NCBI GenBank assembly: GCA_041690595.1
Contig: JAWLHB010000029.1
Coordinates: 62,001 to 98,968 of the forward strand
Direction: 5' to 3'
Length of the DNA stretch: 36,968 nt
From: Lentisphaeria bacterium
GTDB lineage: Bacteria; Verrucomicrobiota; Lentisphaeria; JABSQK01; JAWLHB01
The position numbers and the translations under genes are program-made. Below the pieces are notes generated by a model. It was not told where the DNA came from. It did not search any database and saw nothing but the letters and a program-made list of their open reading frames with translations. Below, in pieces: positions 1-8,742 of this stretch; position 1 is the stretch's first letter; every line of letters starts with the position of its first letter.

Positions 1-34
1 CCGACATGATCATGAGTATGTTTGGCGTCGACAA
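1..34 (-). CDS. 5' end of a probable sulfatase-family protein (runs off the window)
   Basis: Minus strand reads GGAG, 8 nt, then TTG TCG ACG CCA AAC ATA CTC ATG ATC ATG TCG G = MSTPNILMIMS(D?). This matches the PNILxIxxD N-terminal motif of sulfatases. Only 11 codons are visible and the ORF is not in the ORF track. Confidence 0.6.
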   Translation of the reverse strand, partial: MSTPNILMIMS

Positions 35-52
35 AACAGCAACTCCACCCAC

Positions 53-1111
53 TTATGGTTGATCGATATCCCAGATGGTGACGTCCTCGATCCGCACACG
101 TTCTTCTTCGCCGGCGTGACGGACGTGCACCTGGCCCTGCCCCTTCCGGATATGCACGGCGTTGTCGTGACTGTGCAGTCTGCCACCCGGCGCGACCTCG
201 ATCAACGCGTCGCCGTTGTTCGAATTGAACTGGTTGCCGCGGACGATCAACTGGCCTTGCCAGCGGGCGGGAAGCCGATGCGGACCCACGGTGATGACAG
301 TGTCACCGCCACCTTCGAAGTAGCAGCCTTCGACGGTGCCGACGATCAGGTCGAGGAGGTGAATCGCACTGCCAGGGGAATGTTCGAAATCACTGTCACG
401 GATGTTGACTGGGCTGCCTTCGATGCGGATGCCTGCATCCAGGATCTGGCGAAACTGCGAGGCGTAGACGTTGATCAGGTTACTGCGATCCAGCCGCTCC
501 TTGGGCGAGCGGCCAAGGATGCCGACGGCGACATGGCTGAACCGGCAGTCGTCGAAGGTGGCAATCTGGATCGGCTTTCCCCAGATGCCTACCTGCAGGT
601 GACTGAAGGAGCAGTGGCGGAAGGTGAAGCCGCCAAAGCCGCGCGGATGGCCGATCAGGCCGCCATAGGCCTGGCTGAAGCCGATTCCCACCCAGGTCAT
701 GTTGTAGACGATACCGGAGACCTCGAAGAGGCCACGACCGGGAGGGGCTTCGAGATCCGCCGCGTGGCGATCGGCCACCGCTGCCGGAGGCGCCTGCGGC
801 CATCCTTTCCCCTCCTCCGGCGTTGACCCATGAAACTGCACGTTGGCGCTGTGCGGCACCGTGGAAGCAACCGTCACGCCATTGAGACCATCCAGTGAGA
901 CCGGCGATGCCAGGAGATACCTGCCGGGCTCGATGAGCAGTACCTTGTCCCCCGCGGCCGCATCCAGCAATGCTTTCCGCAGCAGTGCTGAGACATCGTT
1001 CTTGCCAGTCGCGTCCGGTTCGTACGTGGCGAAATGGGTCGCCTGTCCGGCGGTGGCCACCAAGCAGGCGAGGATCGTCAAGGTCATGCGGAAGGATTTC
1101 ATGATACTCAC
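53..1111 (-). CDS. Secreted right-handed beta-helix (pectate lyase superfamily-like) protein
   Basis: Signal peptide (TLTILACLVATAGQA), then DATGKNDVSALLRKAL...LLIEPGRYLL typical of pectate_lyase_3 N-termini, and repeated FxxCxF/GI coil motifs. GTG start overlaps the MoxR stop (GTGA); ATG at 1102 is an alternative start. Confidence 0.7.
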   Translation of the reverse strand: MSIMKSFRMTLTILACLVATAGQATHFATYEPDATGKNDVSALLRKALLDAAAGDKVLLIEPGRYLLASPVSLDGLNGVTVASTVPHSANVQFHGSTPEEGKGWPQAPPAAVADRHAADLEAPPGRGLFEVSGIVYNMTWVGIGFSQAYGGLIGHPRGFGGFTFRHCSFSHLQVGIWGKPIQIATFDDCRFSHVAVGILGRSPKERLDRSNLINVYASQFRQILDAGIRIEGSPVNIRDSDFEHSPGSAIHLLDLIVGTVEGCYFEGGGDTVITVGPHRLPARWQGQLIVRGNQFNSNNGDALIEVAPGGRLHSHDNAVHIRKGQGQVHVRHAGEEERVRIEDVTIWDIDQP

Positions 1112-2121
1112 GAGGATTTGGAGTCAGCGGCTTTGAGGATGGTATCGATGACATCGCGGATGGTGATGCCCTCACTCTCGGCATGGAAATTGAGCTGAAT
1201 GCGGTGGCCGATCACCTCGGCCAGGATCGCATCGACATCTTCGCGGCGAACGAGGTAGCTGCCGTGAAGGACGGCGCGAACCTTGGCGCCGATGATCAGG
1301 TACTGCACGGCGCGGGGGCCCGCTCCCCAGGTCACCCGCTGCCGAATCCAGGCGGGCGCCTCCGGCAGCCCCGGTCGCGTCATCCGCACCAGCCGGACCA
1401 CATGATCGTAGATATGCTCCGGTACGGGTACCCGGCGGACCAGTCGCTGATACTCCAGGATCTCTTCGCCGGAGACGACCTTCCGCAAGCTTTCGCGTGG
1501 TTCGCCAGTCGTGGCGCGCGCTATCTCCAGCTCCTCTTCGCGATTGGGATAGTCGACGTTGATGAGGAACATGAAGCGATCGAGCTGAGCCTCGGGCAGA
1601 GGGTACGTGCCTTCCTGCTCGATCGGGTTCTGTGTGGCGAGGACGAAGAAGGGTGGCGGCAGCTTGAAGGTTCGGCCACCGGCGGTTACCTGCAATTCCT
1701 GCATGGTCTCGAGCAGGGCCGCCTGGGTCTTCGGCGGGGTGCGGTTGATTTCGTCGGCGAGAATGATGTTGGCAAAGACGGGTCCCTTCATGAACTCGAA
1801 GACGCGCCGGCCGCTCTCGGTCTCCTGCACGATGTCGGAGCCGGTGATGTCGGTGGGCATCAGGTCGGGGGTGAACTGAATGCGGCTGAAGTCGAGCGCC
1901 ATGGCGTCGGCCAACGAATGAACCATGAGCGTCTTGGCGAGACCGGGGACGCCCATGAGCAGGCCATGCCCTCGGGCCAGGATGCAGATCATGATCTTTT
2001 CGATCACGTCGCGCTGCCCGATAACCGCCTTACCGAGTTCATCGCGCAGTCGCTGCCATGTGTCGTGAAGTCGCTCGATGGCGGCGACATCGTCATCCTG
2101 CAATACCGTTGGCTCTGCCAT
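1108..2121 (-). CDS. MoxR-family AAA+ ATPase
   Basis: Walker A GVPGLAKT, RIQFTPDLMP, Walker B ILADEINRTPPKTQAALLE, ATQNPIEQEGTYPLPEAQLDRF. Confidence 0.95.
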   Translation of the reverse strand: MAEPTVLQDDDVAAIERLHDTWQRLRDELGKAVIGQRDVIEKIMICILARGHGLLMGVPGLAKTLMVHSLADAMALDFSRIQFTPDLMPTDITGSDIVQETESGRRVFEFMKGPVFANIILADEINRTPPKTQAALLETMQELQVTAGGRTFKLPPPFFVLATQNPIEQEGTYPLPEAQLDRFMFLINVDYPNREEELEIARATTGEPRESLRKVVSGEEILEYQRLVRRVPVPEHIYDHVVRLVRMTRPGLPEAPAWIRQRVTWGAGPRAVQYLIIGAKVRAVLHGSYLVRREDVDAILAEVIGHRIQLNFHAESEGITIRDVIDTILKAADSKSS

Positions 2122-2256
2122 GCATGCTTTCCACTGATTGGATGGGGGACCGGACGCGGCGCGCTTCCGGCTCTTGTATAACGATACTTCTTCAGTATCT
2201 TAACGGCTTTTCCGCTGTCTAACCTGCAACGCTTCTGAAGCCGGGTCAACTGGTAA

Positions 2257-3339
2257 GTGAAAAAGCCGCCCAAGATTGTGCTGGATATCGTGCGTGGAGG
2301 AATCGGCCTGGTCGTGGCCGTCCTGCTCATCTGGATGGTTGTCAACGACAGCGAGATGACGCTGGGCAAGTTCCGTGACTTGATCGGGAACGGCATTCCC
2401 TCGCTCTTCGTCGCCGCTTTTGTGGCCTTCGGTGGTGCGCTCCTGCTGACGGCGTGGCGCTGGCGACTGCTGCTGCAGGTACAGGAGGTGCACCTGCCCT
2501 TCTGGACCGTTTTCCGCCTGATGATGATCGGCGTCTTCTTCAGTCTGGTGATTCCCGGCGCCGTCGGTGGGGACCTGGTCAAGATGGTCTATGTCAGCAA
2601 GCAGGCGCCCAAGCGGGCAACAGAGGCGATCCTGACGATCATGCTGGATCGCATTATGGGGTTGATGGGACTCTGCCTGGTGACGGTGGTGGCCGTGCTT
2701 CTCTGTCTGGACTACATCCTGCACGATGCCTCACGGGAGATCCAGTTGGCGGTGGCCTTCGTCTGCGTGGCGAGTATGGGGGCGATAGGAGTGGTGCTGG
2801 GCGTCTACTTTCGCGCGCAGGTGATGCGGCTGCCGGGCGTACGTCAGCTCACGGATTTCGGCATGCGGAAGCTGCCGGAGAAGGTGGCGACCATCTTCGA
2901 GCGGCTCGCCAAGGCGCTCGATCTCTACCGCACACAGTTCTGGGTTCTGCTCAAGGCGCTGGCCCTTTCCTGCCTCGTCCATACCTGCCTGTCGATGACC
3001 GTTTATCTGCTGGCGACAGGTTACCGGCTGCAGGAGGTTGCCCTGCGCTTCTTCTTTTTTGCGACGCAGTTGGGCAATGCCATCGGCGCGATACCGCTGG
3101 CCCCGATGGGCTCTGGCCAACGCGACTACATGCTTGCCAAGATCCTCACGGAAGTGGCTAAGGCGACCGGCGGGGATACCGCCACCGCCGGGCTGGAGAC
3201 GGTCGCCGGCGCCATCACGCTCACGAACACCTTCATCATTGTCGGCTGGTCGTTGATCGGCGGCATCTTCTTCATCTTCTCCCGATTGAGCGTCACCGAT
3301 CCAGCGGTGACGCCAGTGACGCCGGTGAAGCCAGAGTGA
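2257..3339 (+). CDS. Lysylphosphatidylglycerol synthase TM / UPF0104 flippase-like membrane protein
   Basis: Multiple TM helices with AWRWRLLL, FFSLVIPGAVGGDLVK, LDRIMGL and AIPLAPMGSGQRD motifs typical of the family. Confidence 0.85.
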   Translation: MKKPPKIVLDIVRGGIGLVVAVLLIWMVVNDSEMTLGKFRDLIGNGIPSLFVAAFVAFGGALLLTAWRWRLLLQVQEVHLPFWTVFRLMMIGVFFSLVIPGAVGGDLVKMVYVSKQAPKRATEAILTIMLDRIMGLMGLCLVTVVAVLLCLDYILHDASREIQLAVAFVCVASMGAIGVVLGVYFRAQVMRLPGVRQLTDFGMRKLPEKVATIFERLAKALDLYRTQFWVLLKALALSCLVHTCLSMTVYLLATGYRLQEVALRFFFFATQLGNAIGAIPLAPMGSGQRDYMLAKILTEVAKATGGDTATAGLETVAGAITLTNTFIIVGWSLIGGIFFIFSRLSVTDPAVTPVTPVKPE

Positions 3340-3362
3340 AGTTCGCGTGCCGTTGGAAGAGG

Positions 3363-3371
3363 TGGTATATT
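3363..3371 (+). promoter_or_regulatory. Putative extended -10 promoter of the 3439-15331 operon
   Basis: TGgTATATT in the intergenic gap; AAGGAG RBS at 3425-3430 before the ATG at 3439. Confidence 0.45.
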
Positions 3372-3438
3372 TTCCAGGACGTCAGTGGCCGCGGTGGCTG
3401 CTGAGCCGCGGAGCGATGACGGCAAAGGAGAATGACGG

Positions 3439-4638
3439 ATGGAGCAGGTCACACAGAGCATGCTGGCGTTACTGATTGCGATCAGCGGCGCCCTGCATCA
3501 GGGACTGGAACACCTGCGGAAAAAAGAATATGAGCCGGCCATCCAGGCGCTGACCCAGGTCATCGACGCCAAACTGGCGGAGAGCGAACTGACCCTCATC
3601 GCCCGCTACTACCGCGCCGTCGCGAATGTCGCCAAGGGTAACAAGACGGCGGCCCAGAGTGACCTCAAGGCGCTCCTTCAGTCGCCAAACGTCCCCGCCA
3701 CTTTGGCAAGCGACGCGCAGAAGCTTTATGGCGAACTGACCAACGACTTCAGCAGCCTGCTGCCGGAGCAGACACCAGAGGCCTTCGTGCGTGAGTTGCT
3801 CGTTCTGGCCGGGAGCAAGCAGGCGCAGAAGGCCATCGACAAGGTCTCCGAGAGCTATCGGCAATATGGCATCTACCAGCACACCGTCGAGGAATGGGCC
3901 GAGTGGCTCAGCACGCTCCTCAGCTCGCACGCCCTGGAGTGGGTGAAGCTCGAATGGGTCGACGGGCGCGGACTGGCGGCGGTCGTCCTGAGCGACGGAG
4001 AGCATGAGCCCTGGCGAGTCGACCTCGTTCAGGAAGGTGCCGCATGGAAGCTTCAGAAGGTGTCGCTGCTCGATTCACGCCGGGATCCTCTGACCAATTT
4101 CGTTCGCCTCCGTCATCTTGGCATACAGCTCACCCTCTATGCCTCGCAGACAGAGAATCGTTATCCTCCCGATCTGAAGGAATTGACAAAGTCGCTGGAG
4201 ATCGAGCCTTCGGATCTGCTCTGGGTGGAGACCTCGACCGGCGAGGAGAGCCCTTTTGTCTATCGACCAGGGTTGACCACCATGGCGGCTCCGGAGACAT
4301 TGCTGGCGGCGGCGCCCCGCCCGATCGACAACAAGCGCCTCGTCCTGAAGATGGACGGTAGTGTCGAGGAGATGGAGGAAGCACTCTTTGTAGCAACAGC
4401 CCGCGAACAGGAATGGCGCGCCCCCAACCTGGTCAAGAAGGAAGATCTGACGGAGGATGATCGGCTCTACATCGCCTCGCTTATCACCCAGCTTGCGGCG
4501 GATGATCACGACAAGCGTGAGGCAGCGCGAGAGGCGCTTATGCAGATGCGGGAGGCAGCCGAGCCGTTATTGCGCGAGCACGTGGACGCAGCGGATCCCG
4601 AAGTGCGCCTGAGCGTGCGGGAGATACTCCTGCAATGA
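3439..4638 (+). CDS. Hypothetical multidomain protein (TPR, NTF2-like, pseudopilin-like globular domain, C-terminal HEAT-like pair)
   Basis: TPR-like YEPAIQALTQVI...ARYYRAVANVAKG; TPEAFVREL...LVQEGAAWKL; LRHLGIQLTLYAS...YPPDLKEL...RLVLKMDGSV; LITQLAADDHDKREAAREAL...DPEVR. Good RBS. Confidence 0.65.
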   Translation: MEQVTQSMLALLIAISGALHQGLEHLRKKEYEPAIQALTQVIDAKLAESELTLIARYYRAVANVAKGNKTAAQSDLKALLQSPNVPATLASDAQKLYGELTNDFSSLLPEQTPEAFVRELLVLAGSKQAQKAIDKVSESYRQYGIYQHTVEEWAEWLSTLLSSHALEWVKLEWVDGRGLAAVVLSDGEHEPWRVDLVQEGAAWKLQKVSLLDSRRDPLTNFVRLRHLGIQLTLYASQTENRYPPDLKELTKSLEIEPSDLLWVETSTGEESPFVYRPGLTTMAAPETLLAAAPRPIDNKRLVLKMDGSVEEMEEALFVATAREQEWRAPNLVKKEDLTEDDRLYIASLITQLAADDHDKREAAREALMQMREAAEPLLREHVDAADPEVRLSVREILLQ

Positions 4639-7600
4639 CCGCGGTCCAACTGCCCGACCAGCTGGTGCGCAATCTGCGTGCCTTCGAGAGACGGCTCTGG
4701 AAGCTGGAAAGCCTGCTGGCTCTCTCGGTCGGGTTGTGCGGTTTGATCGGCGCCTTTCTTCTGCTCTTTCTCTCGGATCGCCTGTGGAACACTCCCGTTC
4801 CGCTGCGTGCGACACTCGCGGCCGGAGCCGCCGGATGCCTGCTGGCGGCCGCCTTCTTCTGGGGGCGGCACTGGGTGTGGAGACGCCGGGGCATTCTCGA
4901 CCTGGCGCTCATGGTCCAGCGGCAACACCCCAACCTGGGCGACCGACTGCAGGGCATCCTCGAACTGGCAACCGACAGTGCCGACCAGAGAGCTTCCGGC
5001 ATGTCTCCGGCGCTGAGGCAGGCGGCAATCCGCCAGGTGGCCGCCGAGTGTCAGGCTTACGATTTTCGCCGCGCCGCCTCCAGGCGCGGGCCGTTGCGGG
5101 TCGTCGCTGTGCTGGCGGCGCTGGCTCTGCTGAGTGGCGGACTCTGGCTGCTGGCGCCCGGGGCCGGCATCTCGGCGTGGTCTCGGCTGGTGCAGCCGTT
5201 CGGCGCCACCGAGCGTTACACCTTCAGCCGCCTGGCGCCCCTGCCCTCTCAGCGGGTGGTCGTGCACGGCGAGCCCTTCTCCCAGGAGATACGGCACGCC
5301 GACGAAGGGTTGTGGAAGGCTGCCGTCGCCACCGTCACGCTTGCCGGCCAACGGCAGGAGGTACGCTTCATCGACGGCGTCGCCACGGCCAAGCTCAACG
5401 GGATCACGCGACCCGAGATCATGCGTATCGAGTCGGGAGATGCCCGGGACTTCTTGCGCCTGCAGCCGGTGCATCGGCCATCTCTCAAGCGCCTGTACGC
5501 CGAGATCGAGCTGCCGGAGTACCTGCGGCACCCGCTCGCCAGCGCCGAGATTGGCGGCCAGGAGCTTTCCGTGCTGGCGGGCAGCCGGGTCACTCTTGTC
5601 GGTGAAGCGAATCAGCCACTGGCCAGCGCCGTTCTGACCGGCGACGCCAGCCATCAGGTGCCGGTGCAGGCCCATCGCCTGCGCACCCCTCCGCTGATGG
5701 TCACGGAGCTTATGCAGCTCACTCTCGACTGGCGCGATGGACATGGCTTTGCGCCGCACAAGCCACGCACACTCACGCTACGCCCAGTCGAGGACCGCCC
5801 GCCACGGGCCAGTTGCCCGCGAAGCTCTCGTTCCGTCGCCATCCTGATCACGGAAGCCTTGCCGATCATCATTCATGCGGAGGATGACTACGGCGTACGC
5901 GAGATCGGCATCGACTATACGGTCACCCCGCGCAATGTTTCTCCATCTCCCGGCCAGAGAGCGCTTCGCCTGAAGGTTTGGGAGGGCGGCCCCCGCGAGC
6001 GCACCTTGGAGGAGACCATCGACTTTGCGCCCGCGGCCCTCGATGTGCCGGCCGGCCATGTCGTGCGCTACCGTGCCTATGCGCTCGATTTTCGCCCCGA
6101 TGCGGAGCCTTCCTGGTCGGACGAGTACACGATCCATGTGCTGAGCCCGGCGGAGCACGCGGCCTTGATCCGCGACCGGATGACCCGCCTGCAGGGAGCG
6201 GTCGAAGAGGTGGCGCGCTCGGAGGCGGAGTTGCTCGAAGGAAAGATGGAGATGCTCGAGAAGGGGAGCGAATGGCTGCAGGGCGAGGAGGCAATGAAGC
6301 AGCTTCAGGAACAGGAAGCGAAGGAGTCAGCCAATACCGAGGAGTTGCAACGGCTGGCGCGGGAGGGGCTCGAGCTGATGGAGGAGGCCATGCGCAATGA
6401 GGATTTCGACGGGGAGGCCCTGCAGGAGTGGTCGAAGATCCTCACCACCATGCAGAGTGTCGCTCACCAGGCCATGCCGCGTCTGACTGAAACTCTGCGC
6501 GATGCGCAACGCTCGACCGCGCGGCGGGAAGAGGAGCTTGCCAGCGCCCGGGATCAGCAGCAAGACATACTGGAGCAGTTGCGCGAGATGTCCGGCAGCC
6601 TGGACGAGTCGCTGCAGGGGCTGGTCGCGCGCAGCTTCGCCATGCGCCTGCGTGAGCTTTCCGGCGACGAGACGAAGCTTGTGACGGTGCTTCACACGTT
6701 GGTGGGTGAGACGCTCGGCATGTCGCCAGCCGATCTGGCGGAGCCGTTGCGCCAGCAGTTGGCCGCGCAGGCAGAGGGGCATGACGATATCGCCAAGCGC
6801 GCGGCGGAGTTGCTCGATGACCTGCGTGGCTTCACCCAGCGCGCGACCATCGGCGTCTATCTGGCCACCCACCACCTGATGGTCGAAGCCGGATTGCCTG
6901 ATGCAATCCAGGCGGATACCCGGTTGATCACCGACAACCTCCTCGGGCAAGCGATCAATGCCTGTACCCGTTGGGGAGAGCAGTTTGCCGCCTGGGCGGA
7001 GCTGCTCGACCCGCGCGGTGACGACGACGAGGGGGACGGCCAGGGCGAAGAGCAGCAGATGAGCGAAGAGCAGTTGAAAGCCATGCTGACGTTGCTACGC
7101 ATCCTTCAGGAAGAACACGAGATCCGCGATCAGACTCGCCTGATCGAGAACCAGAAGAGCAGCATGTCCGATCATGCGGCGCGCGCCACTGCCTTGGCGG
7201 AACGCCAGTTTGATGCCTTTCACCTCTTGCTCGACTTGGAGGATATTATCCTCTCCATGCGGCTCAAGCCTCTCTTTTCCGATGTGGGAACCGCCATGAT
7301 CGACGCGGGAAACTTCCTCTATCAGCCTGAGACCGGGCAGCCGGCCATCGCCGCGGAGAGTCATGTGATCGAACTGTTGGCCTCCCTGATCTCCAGCTCC
7401 TCGCAGCAGCTCTCGTCATCAAGTCCGCAGTTGTCGGCACTGATGATGCAGATGCTCGGCATGATACAGAGCGGCAAGGGGAGCGCCACCGGTGACGAAG
7501 GCGGCGGCAACACCGACGACCACGCCTCTGCCGTATCCGCATCCGAGAGTGACGGGCGGGCGGACGGAGCCCGAGAGGATCGCCGGGCAGGGGAGCGCGC

Positions 7601-7709
7601 CAGCGGCGCCTGGTCCCAGCAGATCCCCGAGGAGTTCCGCGACGTTCTCGAAAGCTACTATCGGAGGGTCGAGCAGTTGCAGAGACCGGCCGCGGAGGTG
7701 GAGCCATGA
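4635..7709 (+). CDS. Large membrane-anchored coiled-coil protein (DUF4175-like)
   Basis: Three N-terminal TM segments, HPNLGDRL, Ig-like middle with AEDDYGV, long Q/E-rich coiled coil and C-terminal IPEEFRDVLESYYRR. ATGA overlap with the upstream gene. Confidence 0.75.
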   Translation: MTAVQLPDQLVRNLRAFERRLWKLESLLALSVGLCGLIGAFLLLFLSDRLWNTPVPLRATLAAGAAGCLLAAAFFWGRHWVWRRRGILDLALMVQRQHPNLGDRLQGILELATDSADQRASGMSPALRQAAIRQVAAECQAYDFRRAASRRGPLRVVAVLAALALLSGGLWLLAPGAGISAWSRLVQPFGATERYTFSRLAPLPSQRVVVHGEPFSQEIRHADEGLWKAAVATVTLAGQRQEVRFIDGVATAKLNGITRPEIMRIESGDARDFLRLQPVHRPSLKRLYAEIELPEYLRHPLASAEIGGQELSVLAGSRVTLVGEANQPLASAVLTGDASHQVPVQAHRLRTPPLMVTELMQLTLDWRDGHGFAPHKPRTLTLRPVEDRPPRASCPRSSRSVAILITEALPIIIHAEDDYGVREIGIDYTVTPRNVSPSPGQRALRLKVWEGGPRERTLEETIDFAPAALDVPAGHVVRYRAYALDFRPDAEPSWSDEYTIHVLSPAEHAALIRDRMTRLQGAVEEVARSEAELLEGKMEMLEKGSEWLQGEEAMKQLQEQEAKESANTEELQRLAREGLELMEEAMRNEDFDGEALQEWSKILTTMQSVAHQAMPRLTETLRDAQRSTARREEELASARDQQQDILEQLREMSGSLDESLQGLVARSFAMRLRELSGDETKLVTVLHTLVGETLGMSPADLAEPLRQQLAAQAEGHDDIAKRAAELLDDLRGFTQRATIGVYLATHHLMVEAGLPDAIQADTRLITDNLLGQAINACTRWGEQFAAWAELLDPRGDDDEGDGQGEEQQMSEEQLKAMLTLLRILQEEHEIRDQTRLIENQKSSMSDHAARATALAERQFDAFHLLLDLEDIILSMRLKPLFSDVGTAMIDAGNFLYQPETGQPAIAAESHVIELLASLISSSSQQLSSSSPQLSALMMQMLGMIQSGKGSATGDEGGGNTDDHASAVSASESDGRADGAREDRRAGERASGAWSQQIPEEFRDVLESYYRRVEQLQRPAAEVEP

Positions 7710-8701
7710 GAGTCGCTTCGATCTCCATCCTCGCCGCTCTGCTTCTGGGGAGCTGCCTGCCCATTCGCGGCCAGGAGATCTTCAGCGACCCGGAGATGCT
7801 GGTCTCAGCAGATGTCGAAAAGCTCTATCAGCTTGGGCTCGACTTTCTGGCGCGAAGCCAGGACAAGAATGGTTCGTGGGCGGAAGCGAACGCGCGTCAG
7901 CCTGGGGTGGTGGCCCTGGCGCTGCTGGCCTTCCTGGCGCATGGCGAAGATCCCGATCATGGCCCCTATCGTCTCATCATCCGCCGCGGCTTCGACTACC
8001 TGCTTGCCCAGCAGAATAAGGAGAACGGCTACATCGGCAGCAGCATGTACAACCATGCCTTCTCCACTCTGGCTCTGGCGGAGGCATACGGAGCGATCGA
8101 TGACGAACGGCTTGCGCCCGCTCTCCAACTGGCCGTCAAACTGTTGCTCTCCTCGCAGGCTAGCAACTCCCAGTATGCCTGGCGGTACAGCCCGGACAGC
8201 AACGATGCGGACACCACGGTGAGCGGCGCTTGCCTGATGGCCCTCTTTGCCGCCCGCAATGCGGGTCTGGCCATACCCGATGCGAGCATCGAGCAGGCGC
8301 TCAAGTTCTTCCGCGACTGCCAGAACGGCAGCGGCGGCTTCGGTTACACCCACAATGGCGCGTCGAGCCCACCCCGAGCCGCGATCGGCACGCTCATGCT
8401 GGCCATGGCCAAACAGCAGCAGAGCCGCGCCTACATGATGGCGGCACAGCACCTGCGCTCGCTCAGTCTCGATGCTGAAGAAGGACACCTTTATTACTTT
8501 CTCTATTATGCATCCCAGGCCATGTTCCGCGGTGACGCCGGGGAATGGAACAAGTGGAACGCCGTGAACATCAAATTTTTAAGTTCACGCCAGAACACTG
8601 ACGGCAGCTGGGTATCGAGCCAGGGCGTCACCTTCGGCACCGCCATGGCGCTGCTATCGCTGGCTCTCAATTACCGTTTTCTACCCATCTACGAACGCTG
8701 A
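7706..8701 (+). CDS. Exported prenyltransferase/squalene-cyclase repeat (alpha/alpha barrel) protein
   Basis: Signal peptide and QW-like repeats (QDKNGSW, QNGSGGFGY, QNTDGSW), MYNHAFSTLALAEAYG, DTTVSG. No DxDD cyclase motif seen. ATGA overlap. Confidence 0.85.
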   Translation: MRVASISILAALLLGSCLPIRGQEIFSDPEMLVSADVEKLYQLGLDFLARSQDKNGSWAEANARQPGVVALALLAFLAHGEDPDHGPYRLIIRRGFDYLLAQQNKENGYIGSSMYNHAFSTLALAEAYGAIDDERLAPALQLAVKLLLSSQASNSQYAWRYSPDSNDADTTVSGACLMALFAARNAGLAIPDASIEQALKFFRDCQNGSGGFGYTHNGASSPPRAAIGTLMLAMAKQQQSRAYMMAAQHLRSLSLDAEEGHLYYFLYYASQAMFRGDAGEWNKWNAVNIKFLSSRQNTDGSWVSSQGVTFGTAMALLSLALNYRFLPIYER

Positions 8702-8742
8702 CCCACACCACGGCACCAAGGCCCTGCCTCCCGGAGGTTCCC

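Noticed and set aside
3307..3328. gtgacgcca/g 9-bp tandem at the end of the flippase-like gene
   Set aside because: It encodes a short VTPVTPV tail and is too short to be meaningful.
7706..8701. Squalene-hopene cyclase call
   Set aside because: Only one barrel (331 aa), a signal peptide and no DxDD motif.
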